From Heteronotia binoei (lineage: Eukaryota), in the NCBI RefSeq assembly GCF_032191835.1, contig NC_083225.1:84506001-84570000 (forward strand): a DNA stretch of 64,000 nt. Reading direction: 5' to 3'. The translations under genes and the position numbers were made by a program. This document shows, piece after piece, positions 44,219 to 56,378 of this stretch (its first letter is position 1; every line of letters begins with the position of its first letter). The notes under the pieces were generated by a model, which was given only the letters and a program-made list of their open reading frames with translations, did not search any database and was not told where the DNA came from.

Positions 44219-47200
44219 AGAAAAGGCATGCACCTGCCTCACAAAGTGTGCAAAGACTAAAGCTTACGTTTTGGAACATCAGAACCATGCTTGACACAGT
44301 AGACAGTGGTCGCCCTGAACGACGCTCTGCTCTAGTTGCCCACGAACTTCTCAGGTTGAATATCGACATAGCAGCTCTCAGTGAGGTCCGTTTCCCTGAG
44401 GAAGGTAGTCTTCAAGAACACGGTGCTGGCTATACCCTCTACTGGTCGGGAAAGTCAAAGGCTGAGAGCTGCCTTTCTGACGTTTGCTTCATGGTCAGGA
44501 ATCTATTGCCTCTAAACTCGAAAACCTGCCAACAAGTCACTCAGATCGCATCATGTCTATGCGCCTCCCTCTTCAAAACAAGCAGCATGCAACACTCTTC
44601 AGTGTGTATGCCCCAACCCTTCAAGCAGATTCTGCAGATAAGAATAAGTTCTATGCTGATCTACGCAACCTCGTATGGAAGACCCCTACAGAGGACAAGG
44701 TGATCATCCTTGGCGACTTCAATGCCAGAGTAGGTAAAGACTCGGAAGCCTGGAAAGGAGTACTTGGCAAACACGGCATTGGCAACTGCAATGATAACGG
44801 GCACCTCCTGCTAGAATTCTGCACGGAGCATCAGCTCACCATTACCAACACTATCTTCCAGCAGAAGAACAGTCTGAAGACAACCTGGATGCACCCACAG
44901 TCCAAGCATTGCCACCTTATTGACTACATTCTGGTGCGCCAGAGAGACCTTCGAGATGTCTTACACACCCAAGTAATGCCCAGTGCAGAATGTCATACAG
45001 ATCATCATCTTGTACGCTGCAATCTCCGTCTTCACTTTAAATCTACACCCAGGAGAGGCGGTATCCCCCGGAGGAAGTTTCAGGTTGGCAGCCTTCAGTC
45101 AGCCGAAGTTAAAGCTGCCTTCCAGGCAAAACTCCAGACAAGAATTGAGGACCCCAGTTGCCTCACAGATCCTTCTCCAGAAGCACTCTGGGAACACCTA
45201 AAAACTACCATCCTGTTGACCTCTGAAGAAGTCCTCGGATTCTCCACAAGGAAGAACAAGGACTGGTTTGACGAGAACAATCAAGAGATCCAAGAATTAC
45301 TGGCGAAAAAGAGATCTGCCTACCAAGCACATCTTGCTCAGCTGTCCTGTCCCGGGAAAAAAGCAACCTTTCGCGCTGTATGTAGCAACCTCCAGCGCAA
45401 GCTTCGAGACATTCAGAACGAGTGGTGGACCAAGCTTGCAGAGAGAACCCAGCTGTGTGCAGACTCTGGTGATTTAAGAGGGTTCTACGAAGCCCTGAAG
45501 GCAGTATATGGTCCATCATATCAGGCTCAGAGTCCCTTGCATAGTGCAGACAGCCAAGTGCTCCTCACAGACAAGGCATCCATACTGAACCGGTGGTCGG
45601 AGTATTATCAGGTTCTCTTCAGTGCCAATCGCGTAGTTCAAGATTCAGCAATCCACCTCACCCCACTTCAACCAGTGAAAACAGAGTTGGATGAGATCCC
45701 CACCCTAGAAGAGACTGTTAAAGCCATCAAGCAACTGAAAAGTGGCAAGGCAGCGGGAGTTGATGGAATCCCACCAGAGATCTGGAAGCATGGGGGCATA
45801 GTACTACATAGCACACTTCACAAAGTAGTTGTCACCTGCTGGGAACAAGGCAAACTACCACAGGTCTTTCGCGATGCAATCATCATTACTCTACATAAGA
45901 ACAAAGGAGAAAAGTCAGATTGCTCCAACTACCGGGGGATAACCCTGCTCTCCATTGCAGGCAAAATCCTTGCTAGAATACTCCTGTACAGACTGGTGCC
46001 CACCATTGCAGAAGAACTCCTCCCAGAGAGCCAGTGTGGCTTCAGAGCTAACAGGAGCACCACCGACATGACATTTGTTCTCAGGCAGCTCCAAGAGAAA
46101 TGCAGGGAACAGAACAAGGGTCTATATGTGACTTTTGTCGACCTTACCAGAGCTTTTGATACCGTTAGCAGGAACGGCCTGTAGCAAATCTTGGAATGTT
46201 TAGGATGTCCCCCAAGGTTCCTCAGTATGGTCATCCAGCTACATGAAGACCAGCAAGACCAAGTAAGCCACTGCAACGATCTCTCGGAGCCCTTCCCAAT
46301 AGGCACAGGTGTAAAGCAAGGCTGTGTTCTCACGCCAACTCTCTTTATGATCTTCTTTAGTATGATGCTTCAAAGAGCCGCAGTAGATTTAGACGATGAC
46401 GCTGGTGTCTACATCCGCTATCGCACCGATGGCAGCCTGTTCAACCTGAGGCGACTAAAGGCCCACTCCAAGACAATGGAAAAAACTTATCCGAGAGCTA
46501 CTGTTTGCTGATGATGCTGCACTTGTCTCCCACTCGGTATCAGCTCTGCAGCATATGACGTCCTGCTTTGCGGAGGCTACCAAGCTATTCGGCCTAGAAG
46601 TTAGTCTGAAGAAGACAGAAGTTCTCCACCAGCCTGCACCCCAGGAACATTATCACCCTCCTTGCATCACCCTCCTGTGGGTGAATCAGTTTTGAAGACA
46701 GTCCAGCAGTTCAGCTACCTGGGGTGCATCATCTCCTCAGACGCCAAGATCGACAAGGAGATTGACAATAGACTGGCAAAGGCAAACCGTGCATTTGGCC
46801 GACTGCAGAAAAGAGTGTGGAGCAACAAGCATCTGAAAAAAGGCACAAAGATCAATGTTTACAAAGCGGTTGTGATGACAACCCTCATCTATGGCTCCGA
46901 ATCGTGGGTATTATACCATCATCATCTGCAACTCCTTGAGCGCTTTCATCAGCGCTGCCTTCGCAACATCCTCAACATCCACTGGAGTGACTTTGTGACC
47001 AACACTGAAGTCCTCAAGTGGGTGGAGGTTACAAGCATCGAGGCATTGCTGTTGAAGACGCAGCTGCGCTGGGCAGGGCATATCTCCAGGATGGAAAACC
47101 ACTGCCTTCCCAAGATTGCCCTGTATTGCGAACTTTCCACCGGCCATAGAAATAGAGGGGCACCAAAGAAGAGGTTCAAGGACTCCTTGAAGAAATCCCT

Positions 47201-47511
47201 TGATACCTGTTGCATTAACCATCACCAGTGGTCTGACCTAGCCTCAGATCGCAAAGCATGGAGGCACACCATCCACCAGGCTGTCTCTTCCTTTGAGAAC
47301 ACACGCATAGCTGGTCTTGAGGACAAAAGGAGATTGAGGAAGAATCGTACTGCTACAGCACCAACCCCAAATCAGACTTTTCCCTGCAGCCACTGTGGCC
47401 GGACCTGCCTGTCCCACATTGGTCTTGTCAGCCACCAGCGAGCCTGCAGCAGACGCGGACTACTGCACCTTTCTTAAATCTTCGTTCGCCAAGTCAAGCC
47501 GAGAGAGAGAG
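44219..47511 (+). mobile_element. Near full-length RTE-clade LINE (EN, RT, C-terminal C2H2 finger), few disruptions
   Basis: WNIRT, LSEVR, GDFNARVG, IDYILV, TDH; NYRGITLLS, ESQCGFR, FVDLTRAFD, GVKQGC, FADD-equivalent region, YLG; CSHCGRTC..HQRAC. (GA)n tail. TSD AGGTAGAA at 44211-44218 and 47512-47519. Confidence 0.97.
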
Positions 47512-50054
47512 AGGTAGAAGGGATGACATCAGACCAAATAGCCCTTCTGATCACAGTCTAAGACAGGCAATTCAGTCACACTTTTGACAAAATTGTCTTG
47601 CTCTGAGTCAGTTCTGGCTGAGAAAGAGCAAAATGGAAAAAAAAAAACCCTCACTATAGATTATAAGCCCTACCCCATTGCATTGTAGGAAAAAATCTGG
47701 AATGAAAAGCAAATAACAACTTACATTCTGGACATTAATTGTATCCAAAATAAGAATTCTCAAATGAAAAGACCAAATGCTCTTTATCAAGATCTATGCT
47801 GCACTCAAAATCTTTATGTGGCATCTTGAGCCTATGAATTGGCTTAAGCTTCAGGGATTCAGCAACTGACTCTTACCACCACAAATAAAGCTGGGAGAGA
47901 GCTGGTTAGACCTGATATGCTTTAGAAAACAACATTAAAAATGTGATCAGTTGTGCTAGATATTCTCCATAAAGACATGAAAAAAGCCAACAATTTTAAT
48001 ATGTAAATATGGATTTCAAATGGGCAGCCCAATCCAGAGAACTGCCGTGTTGCTGTGCTTGAGTGCAGAACTAGTGTCGGCGGCCACAGTCAGCTCCCAA
48101 AGGGGAGATGTTATGGCACGCTTGGAGGGGAAGAGCGGCCCAATGAGCAAGAGAGAACCCGTCGCCATGGTGATTCCATCCAGGCACATTTCTTTCTTTT
48201 TTTAAAAAGGGTTTTTATTGGAAAAAAAGAGTTTACACACAAAGAGTAAAAACAAATTAACATACTAGAAATAAAAATAAAACAAACACAAATACCACCA
48301 ACACTGTGGTCCCTGTAATATTCAATCGCATTTAAAAGTAGCCTCACATTCTGGTTCATTAATCGTCCTGGAACAAAGCCCGTTTGGTCTTCATGAATTA
48401 AGCCAGCTATTACTTTCTTTAATCTGTTTGCTAATATTGCTGCAAAGATCTTATAGTCGCTATTCAAGAGTGAAATTGGTCTATAATTTTTAATTTCCGA
48501 TGCATCAGTCTCTTCTTTATGAATGAGCGTAATCAGAGCTTCTTTCCAAGAATCTGGGATCTCGCCTGTATTATGGGTGTTCTCAATTACTTTCTTGAAG
48601 GGTATCAATAATAAATCTTCAAAGGCTCTGAAAAACTCAATCGGAAGGCCATCTGGACCTGGAGTCTTGTTACTTTTTTGAGTTCTAATCACATAAACAA
48701 TTTCCTGGATTGAGATGGGGTTCTCCAAACTTGCTTGTTGTTCCCATGTTAATTGTCTCATTTCAGCTCCCTTTATATAATCTTCTTGTTTTAGCTGTAC
48801 GATCTTTTGCTCCTTATACAAATTCCGATAAAAATTTTGAATAATGTCTTTCATTTGAGAATTTTGAAACACATCCTCCTTAACTTCATTTTTCAGCATT
48901 TTTATAATCTTCTTCTCCTTTTCCTTCTTCAGTCTATAGGCCAGCCATCTGCTCACTTTGTTAGCATTTTCAAAATAATTTTGTCTTGTCCATTTTAATT
49001 TCTTCTCAATTTCTTCTGCCAAAAGAATATTTATCTGATGTTGGATCGAGATAATTTTGGCCTTTACCTCCCTTGGGTTACTAGTTTTCTGTTGTTTCTC
49101 ATAATGCCTCAATTTTATTATAAGTTCATTATAAGATTTTCTTTGTTCTCTCTTCCTCTTCGTTGAATATCTGATAGCAACTCCTCTGAAAAAGGCCTTA
49201 AATGCATCCCATATGACTGGGATCTTCGTATCTTTCTCCAAGTTAAAGTTGAAGAATTCCTGAATCTCTTTTTTAGCTGCCTCCAAAAATTGAGTTTCTT
49301 TTAATATTTGCAAATTTAAAGACCAGCGAGGGTTTCTTGACTGTTCCTGAAGATTTAACAAAATTGGGCTATGATCAGCATACGATTGAGGGAGAATGTC
49401 AACTTGATTGATAGACAATATCATACTCAAGGATACCCATGACATATCTATTCTGGACCAGGATTTGTGCGAATGCGAGTAAAAAGTAAAGTCTGTTGTG
49501 TTCGGTTTTTTTGTTCTCCAGGCGTCCACTAAGTTTAATTCTTCTGCCATTTTCAAGAAAGAATTAGGTAATAAGTTCCGTTTCTTCTTTTTTTTTTTAG
49601 GATCATCATATTTTTTGTCCATTTTGATGTCAAATATTGCATTGTAATCTCCAACAATACAATACCTGTCAGAATCAAATTCTCTAAGTTTAAGATATAG
49701 TGCTTGGTAGAATTTTTCTTGATTTTCGTTAGGGGCATAAATGTTCCCAAGAATTGTTTTGAAACCATTTAATTCCAGCTCAACTATAATAATTCTTCCT
49801 TGTTCATCCGAATATAGGCAGCTGGACTTAATGTGATGAGATACAAAAATAGCTACCCCCTTCTTTTTTTTAACAGGATCACATGAAGAGTATAAGATGC
49901 CCAATTTCTTGTTTTCCAAGTACTTTCCATCATCTTTCTTAATATGAGTTTCTTGCAAACAGATATTTGCGCACCAGATTTTTTCAATTGCTGAAAAGTT
50001 CTCTTCCTCTTTCCGGGTTCATTTAAGCCATTGACGTTCAAAGAAAGTATTTTA

Positions 50055-50751
50055 TATAATATAATATATAATAAATTTTATTTGTACCCCGCCCTCCCCT
50101 GCCGAAGCAGGCTCAGGGCGGCTAACAATACGATGACCAATGGTGCACCAAACAATAAAACAGTTACATTAGAAACATTAAATTAAACATTAGTTAACCT
50201 TAAAAACCTGTTAAACAATTAACTAAAACATATTATAACACTATCCTTGACGCTCTTCTAGTTAGTACTGATGGCGGATTTTCTTCGTTGTCGGTATAAT
50301 TCAGTTATTCATAAAAGCTAATTTAAAAAGGGTGGTCTTGCAGGCCCTGCGGAACTGATCAAGGTTCCGCAGGGCCCGCACCTCCTCTGGGAGTTGGTTC
50401 CAGAGATATGGGGCTGCGGCCGAAAAGGCCCGAGAGCGAGTATTCTGTAGTTTAATTTGTCTTGGCCCAGGGGTAGTCAGTCTGTTCTTTCCTACTGACC
50501 TCAGTGCTCTCTGGGGTTCATACGGGGAGAGACGGTCCTTCAGGTAGGCTGGTCCTCGGCCATATAGGGCTTTAAAGGTGATAACCAGCACTTTGTACTG
50601 GACCCGGTATACAATCGGTAACCAGTGCAGTTCGCGTAGCCCCGGCCGTACATGTTCCCATCTTGGGAGACCGAGCAACAGCCTGGCCGCCGCGTTCTGC
50701 ACTAGCTGTAACTTCCGGGTCCGGCACAGAGGCAGCCCCATGTAGAGGGCG
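50055..50751 (-). mobile_element. 5'-truncated L2 LINE inserted in L1 ORF2 after codon 4
   Basis: ORF 50301-50741 is an L2 C-terminus (LQLVQNAAARLL, LHWLPI, AFSAAAPYLWNQLP). 5-bp TSD TTTTA at 50050-50054 and 50752-50756. Confidence 0.95.
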
Positions 50752-50772
50752 TTTTAGTTCCCATCTTAGAAT

Positions 50773-51765
50773 TCATTTTGGTAGATCAATACTACCAGGT
50801 ATCTTAGCTAAGTCTTTCCTGCTCTGGAGCCTAGTCTTAACCTTCTCTGGTTCCTTTTTAGGAGTCTCGTCATCTGTAGGTTTCTTAGCTCCTTCTACTT
50901 CTTGTTCTTCTCCTGACTCAGATCCATTTCGCTTCACAAACTCATCGCAGAATTCTTCCATCTTTGCCTCTGTAGTGATGTTATATCTCTTGGCTTGAAA
51001 TGTGAAAAAGAGGCCTTGCGGAATAAGCCATCTGAACTGGATGTCATGTTTCATTAACCAGGTAGACAATTTCTTGAATTTGAACCTCCGTTGTCGCACA
51101 CTCCAGGGTATCTCTTTCAAAATTTTGATCTTTATTCCCTTCCAGTTCATCTCACATTCTCTTGCTTTTCGCAGAATCCTTTCCGTGGTTTCTGGACGGA
51201 CAAACTTCACTTGCACCTCCCTAGGAAGTTTAAATTTTCTTGTGTAGTTTGAAGACACTCTTTTGGCCCAAAGGATATCCCTTGGGCCTTCTTCCAATAG
51301 ATCTTCTTCATCAACTATCAAAATATCTGTGATTTTACTGGTTATATCTTCCTCCTTTTCTTCTGGTAGGTTTTGAAAGCGGAGAATAGTTGCCGCCTTC
51401 TCCATTTCCAGTCTCATCACTCGTTCTTCCAACTCCAATAATCCTGTTTGGTTTTCTCTGACTATATTAGTTGTTTGTTTATCTCGATCTTCCATTCTCT
51501 CAACTTTAGCCGTTAAATCATGAACTTGTTGTGTGTTAGCCAGCAGCTGCTTTTGGAACTCTACCAATTGGTCATTTGTTTTCTTGATCTGACTCATCAA
51601 GTCTGTTTTCAGCCCATCCAGAGCCTCTTGGTTCTGTTTGAATCCAGCTGTGACAGTATTCTGTAGTTTTTCCAAAGAATCTTGGTTGACAGAAACTGGA
51701 ACTGCCTTACTTCCCCCAGCAGGGGGAGTACCTTGCAAATATTTTTTAATCTTTGTTTCCGTCAT
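50773..51765 (-). CDS. L1 ORF1 protein (coiled coil, RRM and CTD), 330 aa, intact
   Basis: Heptad-rich N-terminal half, LRFQNLPE, AKRVSSNYTRKFKLPREVQVKF, IKILKEIP..VRQRR and FRWLIPQGLFFTF. It ends 8 nt before the ORF2 ATG. Confidence 0.9.
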   Translation of the reverse strand: MTETKIKKYLQGTPPAGGSKAVPVSVNQDSLEKLQNTVTAGFKQNQEALDGLKTDLMSQIKKTNDQLVEFQKQLLANTQQVHDLTAKVERMEDRDKQTTNIVRENQTGLLELEERVMRLEMEKAATILRFQNLPEEKEEDITSKITDILIVDEEDLLEEGPRDILWAKRVSSNYTRKFKLPREVQVKFVRPETTERILRKARECEMNWKGIKIKILKEIPWSVRQRRFKFKKLSTWLMKHDIQFRWLIPQGLFFTFQAKRYNITTEAKMEEFCDEFVKRNGSESGEEQEVEGAKKPTDDETPKKEPEKVKTRLQSRKDLAKIPGSIDLPK

Positions 51766-54654
51766 GTTGATACTAATAGAGTTTAAAAATATATTCTTAT
51801 TCCCAACCTCTTGCTTATTATTTTACTGTACTCTCAATTCCTTAATTCATCAACAACAACCACCCACCTAATAATTTTGACCCAATTTTAAGATATATAT
51901 CCAAGTTTTCAATATCTCAGTAAATCTATAAGCCAATAAAATAATCAGTGTTCAATAAGGCAATTCAGTAAGTACAGTCAGTAGTTCAATAATGCAATAA
52001 GGTATCCAATAATCAATAAAACAACAAAATAGAAAGTTTGGTTCAGTTCATTTGAGGCAATACTTTGGTAACACACTTGTTTAAGCTTAACAGTAGGCTA
52101 TTAGTGATGAAGGGGGGGGGGGGGTAATAACAAAACAATGGAAAAGAAAAAACACTAGTCCTGCTATTAAAAATAATCCTTCTCTCTCTTACTCTTTCTT
52201 CTTTCTTCCTTCTTCCTTCTTGCTTGTTAATAACTGATGTCCATTAATTTTCCTTCCATGTTCTATGTTCTAAGATTCTTGTTTCTAAAGTTCTAAAAGT
52301 TCTAATGCTCTGAAGGCTCTAAGAAAGTCCAAAGTTCCTCAGAAATCTAAACGATCCTTGACTCTTGTACGCCAAAAGGTTAAGTAAAGACCCAATTATA
52401 CGTCTGATTCTATTCCAAGTGCTTGTCAGCGCCAACCCCAATCTTCAGCGAAGAGCAGCCGCAGCCGGAGCCGCTCAGAACTACCGCTTCGCTCTTTAAA
52501 CCTTTCCCCAGATCGCTCCCATAAACAAAAAGACAAAACTGATCCTCTTCGAAAGAAAGTAGAAAACAAAGTTGCTGCAGCCATAGAAGTAGTAGAGGCA
52601 CAAACTGGATTAAGAAGGAAGAGAGGGGGGGGGTAGAATTCTTGGAAATACAGTCTGCCGCGGCTCACCTCCTGCACCTCCTGTGCTCTTCTTCCTGGAA
52701 GAAAACTTCCAGCACGTCCGCCATTACAAACAGTTTCCCCGTCGCTTTGTCTCCTCCCGCAATTCTTTCTCCCCGACACAGCTACCAGCCTCTTAGTCTC
52801 GTGGAGCTCAAAGATCTTTTCCTCCAGATCCCCCAAACTCTCTCCTTCCCCTTCAGCTTCCCCTTCATGGCTGTCACAACGCCTCCTCCGCCGTTCCCCG
52901 TCGCTCACTCACCAAGCCTCCGCAAGCCGTCGCAAAGCCGCCATGCCACATCAGCCGCTCACAACTTCGCCCAGCACACACAAGCCGCGCCGCGGCTCAC
53001 CGGCCCCAGCACACCAGCAACCACCGCTCTCAGCTCGCCTTCCTCTCTTGTGGGTCGCTGTCGGTCTGCATGGATTTGCAAAGGTAACAGGGCCCCTCTG
53101 AAAAGACTCACTTTGGGATGTTCTTAAGGGAGTTTCGCTTCCTCTCCAAACCCCCTTCTCCGGCGGCCCAGTTCGGCACCAAGGTGTTGAATAGGGTAGC
53201 GGTCAGGGGGAAAACTGGCACTGGGTGCGGAGCCTCCACTCCACTCCCGCATCCAGAAAGCCCCCCAGGCTTCGGAGCGTCCCCAGACAGCTCCTTAAGG
53301 AGTGCTTCCCAGCCGAGAAGCCCCCTCAACTACCCTTCAAACAGAGTTCCCTCTCAAGAGATGAAAGGGAGCTCCGCTTCACTCGGCCATCTTTCCGGAA
53401 GTCCCCATCCAGGCACATTTCATTGGCCCTCTGCCGAGGCAGGGGTGGGGGAGGCACAGGCTCGCGTGGGGCCACGGGATTGGCCAGCCCATTGCACATA
53501 ACTGGGCGAGGGGACGGAAAGCCCATGCCTGAGAGACCATCAATCCCCTCACTCCCTCCCACTGTCAGATACTCTGCCAATGGCAGGCAGGTGGGCAGAG
53601 GCATGCACAGACAAGCAGGAAGTACCAAGTGCAGGTGTTCGCTGTCCTAGACAGTGGCTGGATTGTGCGTCTGGGAGTGGGCAGACCAAGTCCAAAAGAC
53701 ACCTTCCCTGGGGGCTGCAGAACTCAGAGTACAAGCCGCTGGGCATGCATCCACTTCAGCAGCCCCCCGCCTTAATGCCCTGTGCACAACAGCCCTGTGG
53801 GGTTGGGTAGCCCGTACCCCCCCCCCAAAAAAACCAAGTCTGCCCACCCTCCCAGGCATTCCCTCGGAGAGGCCACTGACGGGGGTGGGGGTTGCCCAGG
53901 GAATGTGCAGCAGATGTCAAGCAGGAGAGACAACAGAGGGCACAGATCAGACTTTATTTTTTAGGAACAGAGTGCAACTGTCCCCCTGGTGCATGCTGGG
54001 CAGTGTCGCTGTGGGTGGGGCTCCATTCAGAGCAGCGGGAAGAAACAGCTGAGGGAGTGGAAGGGGGGATGGAGTGACACAAGCAGAAGCCTGTGTTGGA
54101 TTCCCACCAGCAAAACAGAGACAGACATCAAGAGCACCTGCAGGTGCAGCAGCTGGAGGGCGAGACTGCATTTCAGCTGACTGCTCTCTTAAAGGGACTG
54201 ACCTACCTCCCCGCATCAGGGCAGCTGCCACACCACACCCCCGTGCCCTGCCAGGGGTTCGGAAAGCGGCAGAGGGCAGACGAAAGAAAGGGAGCTGGCA
54301 GCAGCACAGGGTAGCAGGCTCAGCAAATGCCCCCTGCTGGAGCCCACTGCCTGGTTCAAGTGCCAGAGATGCTCGCACACCGAGCGGTCAAGAGCAAGGG
54401 AGGGGGAGGACAGGGGGCACAGTGGAACTTACCAGCCATGGGCAACTGTCCTTGCATGCAGAGCCTCTGGGAGCCCGGAACCTGCGGAGACCTGGAAACA
54501 AGAACAGCCCCAGAGGAGAGACCTCTCTCTCCCCCTCGCAAGTCAAAGATACTGTCAAAGCAACCACACAGTGCAAAACTCATCACCAACATGCCTGCCT
54601 GTCCTTCACTCTGAGTCTGTATGGCCGGGAGCTCACCAGCATAGCTTCCCGGCC

Positions 54655-55240
54655 TAGGGGTGTGCAAAAAATGTTTTGGAAAAAATCGGATTCGGAAATA
54701 TACAGGGCCAAAAAATTCGGAATACCATATATTTCTGAATACCAGTACTCGGAATAGACGTATATACGGTAGATGCACGGCTATTTCCAAAAATACGGCC
54801 CCATTATACTCTATGGCCATTGAAATCAATGGCAAAATAGGATACATTGGAAGCCACCTGGAGGGGAGGGGGTTTGAGGGAGAGCCCCCAAATTTGCAGG
54901 GGACCTGCAGGGGACTCTCCTCTACAAACCCCCCAAGTCCCAAAAATATTGGGCCAGGGGGTCCCATTCCAGGGACACCCAAAGAGTGTGCCCCTATTCC
55001 ACCATTATACCCTATGGGCCATCGAAATCAATGGCAACATAGGGCATAATTAGAGGCTACTGGGGGGGCAGAGGTTTTGAGGGAGAGTCCCCAAAACTGC
55101 AGGGAACTCGCAGGGGACTCTCCCCTACAAAACCTCCAAGTCCCAAAAAGATTGGGCCAGGGGGTCCAATTCCTGGGGCACCCAAAGCCAAACCTAACTT
55201 CACACCACAGAATCTCTATAGGACCCAAGTGCACTACATC
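54655..55240. mobile_element. hAT-like non-autonomous element fragment with a ~200-bp internal duplication
   Basis: Starts TAGGGGTGTGC (compare TAGGGATGGGC at 33298). The unit CTATGG.CAT.GAAATCAATGGC...CACCCAAAG occurs at ~54811-54985 and ~55012-55186. Confidence 0.55.
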
Positions 55241-56378
55241 CATCTATCTACTCTATGAACCCTGCTGGCCTGGAACCAATATAAACCCAGTTGCCGTCAC
55301 TGCCACACAAAACACAATCTGCTCAATGTCTGTTCTGCAGACCTGGCTGCAGCAAACCCAGATGCCAGCTCTCCAACATGGGGAGAGCTGACCAAGCACA
55401 ACAAGCATGCTGGTTCTGGGTCTCTCACCAAGGTGCCAGCTTCCCTGCCACAGAACACACAACCTACAGATGCCAGCTCTCCAGCCCTGCCCCAAACAAC
55501 ATGGGGAGAGCTAGCCAAGCACAACAAACATACTGGTTCTAGCACTAGTTATGCTGGTGTCCGAGGTGTACCTGTAAGTTCCTAGCACAGGTTTGAGCCT
55601 TTCAATCCTTATCTCTCATGTTGGTGTAAACAAGCCTAATATAGATTCATTTGCAGGAAAAACATAAAGTTGAAGAAACCATTTTCATCTCCGAGTGGGA
55701 GTGGTGTTCATTCCATCTGGTTATGGGACTGTTGTACATGGAGTTTTTAAACTGATCAATACTTTGAAAATCCAAGCAGACTCTTTTTTAAAAAAATCTT
55801 CCTTGCTGAAACTCATAAAAGATTCATTTTTTGCCAACACCTGAGACAAATCAATGGTTAAGGTAATGAGATCTTATGCTTTGACAGATCATGTTATTAG
55901 AAGGGTGAAATGTAGGAGTTTTATGAGCTCCTTTCTGTTGAACTGGGAGTTGCATGCTTTGAAATATTAGCTGTGTGTGTGTGTGTGGATTTAGATCATG
56001 CACATAGTCCTCGTGGACAAAGAAGAAGCATTAACATCTATATGTTCCTTTAGAATCAGCCCTTTAGGATTTGAGTTGTTTGTCATTTTATAATATACTA
56101 GTATTACACTGACTAAGGTGATTTCTTATGAAAATTGCTATTCAGTCATTTTACATGCTGAATTTCAGAAAATGTATGCTGGATCCAAGATAAGAAAAGA
56201 ATTTCAGAAGAAAAAAAAAAGAATCAAAGTAGCTTTTAATAATAATAAAAAACTGGGTACTTATGGAAAAGCCAGAAGTGCACATAAAGTCTATAGGCAT
56301 TCCAGGATGCAGTAGCAAAACCCAGATTTTTTTTCATGGAACTGACAATTTCTTTTAGTGTCATGTACTAATCCATTA

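Larger units (their letters stand above)
48193..53404 (-). mobile_element. L1 LINE with intact termini, intact ORF1, L2-interrupted and internally deleted ORF2
   Basis: 17-bp TSD CCATCCAGGCACATTTC (48176-48192, 53405-53421). The 5' end GGACTTCCGGAAAGATGGCC carries ETS/YY1-like motifs. CpG-rich 5' UTR. EN (QETH, GDYN, SRID, ADHSP) and early RT (PGPDG, RPISLLNSDYKI). After ..EYYRDH it jumps to the 3' UTR, AATAAA and poly(A). Confidence 0.97.
48025..54650. mobile_element. Unclassified GC-rich TIR element, copy 2 (48025-48192 and 53422-54650), split by the L1
   Basis: Begins CAGCCCAATCC. Blocks such as GCAGATG.CAAGCAGGAGAGACAA...CAGACTTTATT, CTCTTAAAGGGAC and GCAAGTCAAAGA are collinear with 42130-42900. 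Confidence 0.55.

Noticed and set aside
52426-55545. Numerous 100-230 aa ORFs
   Set aside because: They lie in the GC-rich L1 5' UTR and non-autonomous transposon sequence; low complexity and no domain motifs.
56118-56315. ORF with IQ-like FQKMYAGSKIRKEF, and a VISYENC word shared with 63133-63206 (minus)
   Set aside because: A-rich low-complexity context with no convincing donor. The 7-residue match on opposite strands is most likely chance.
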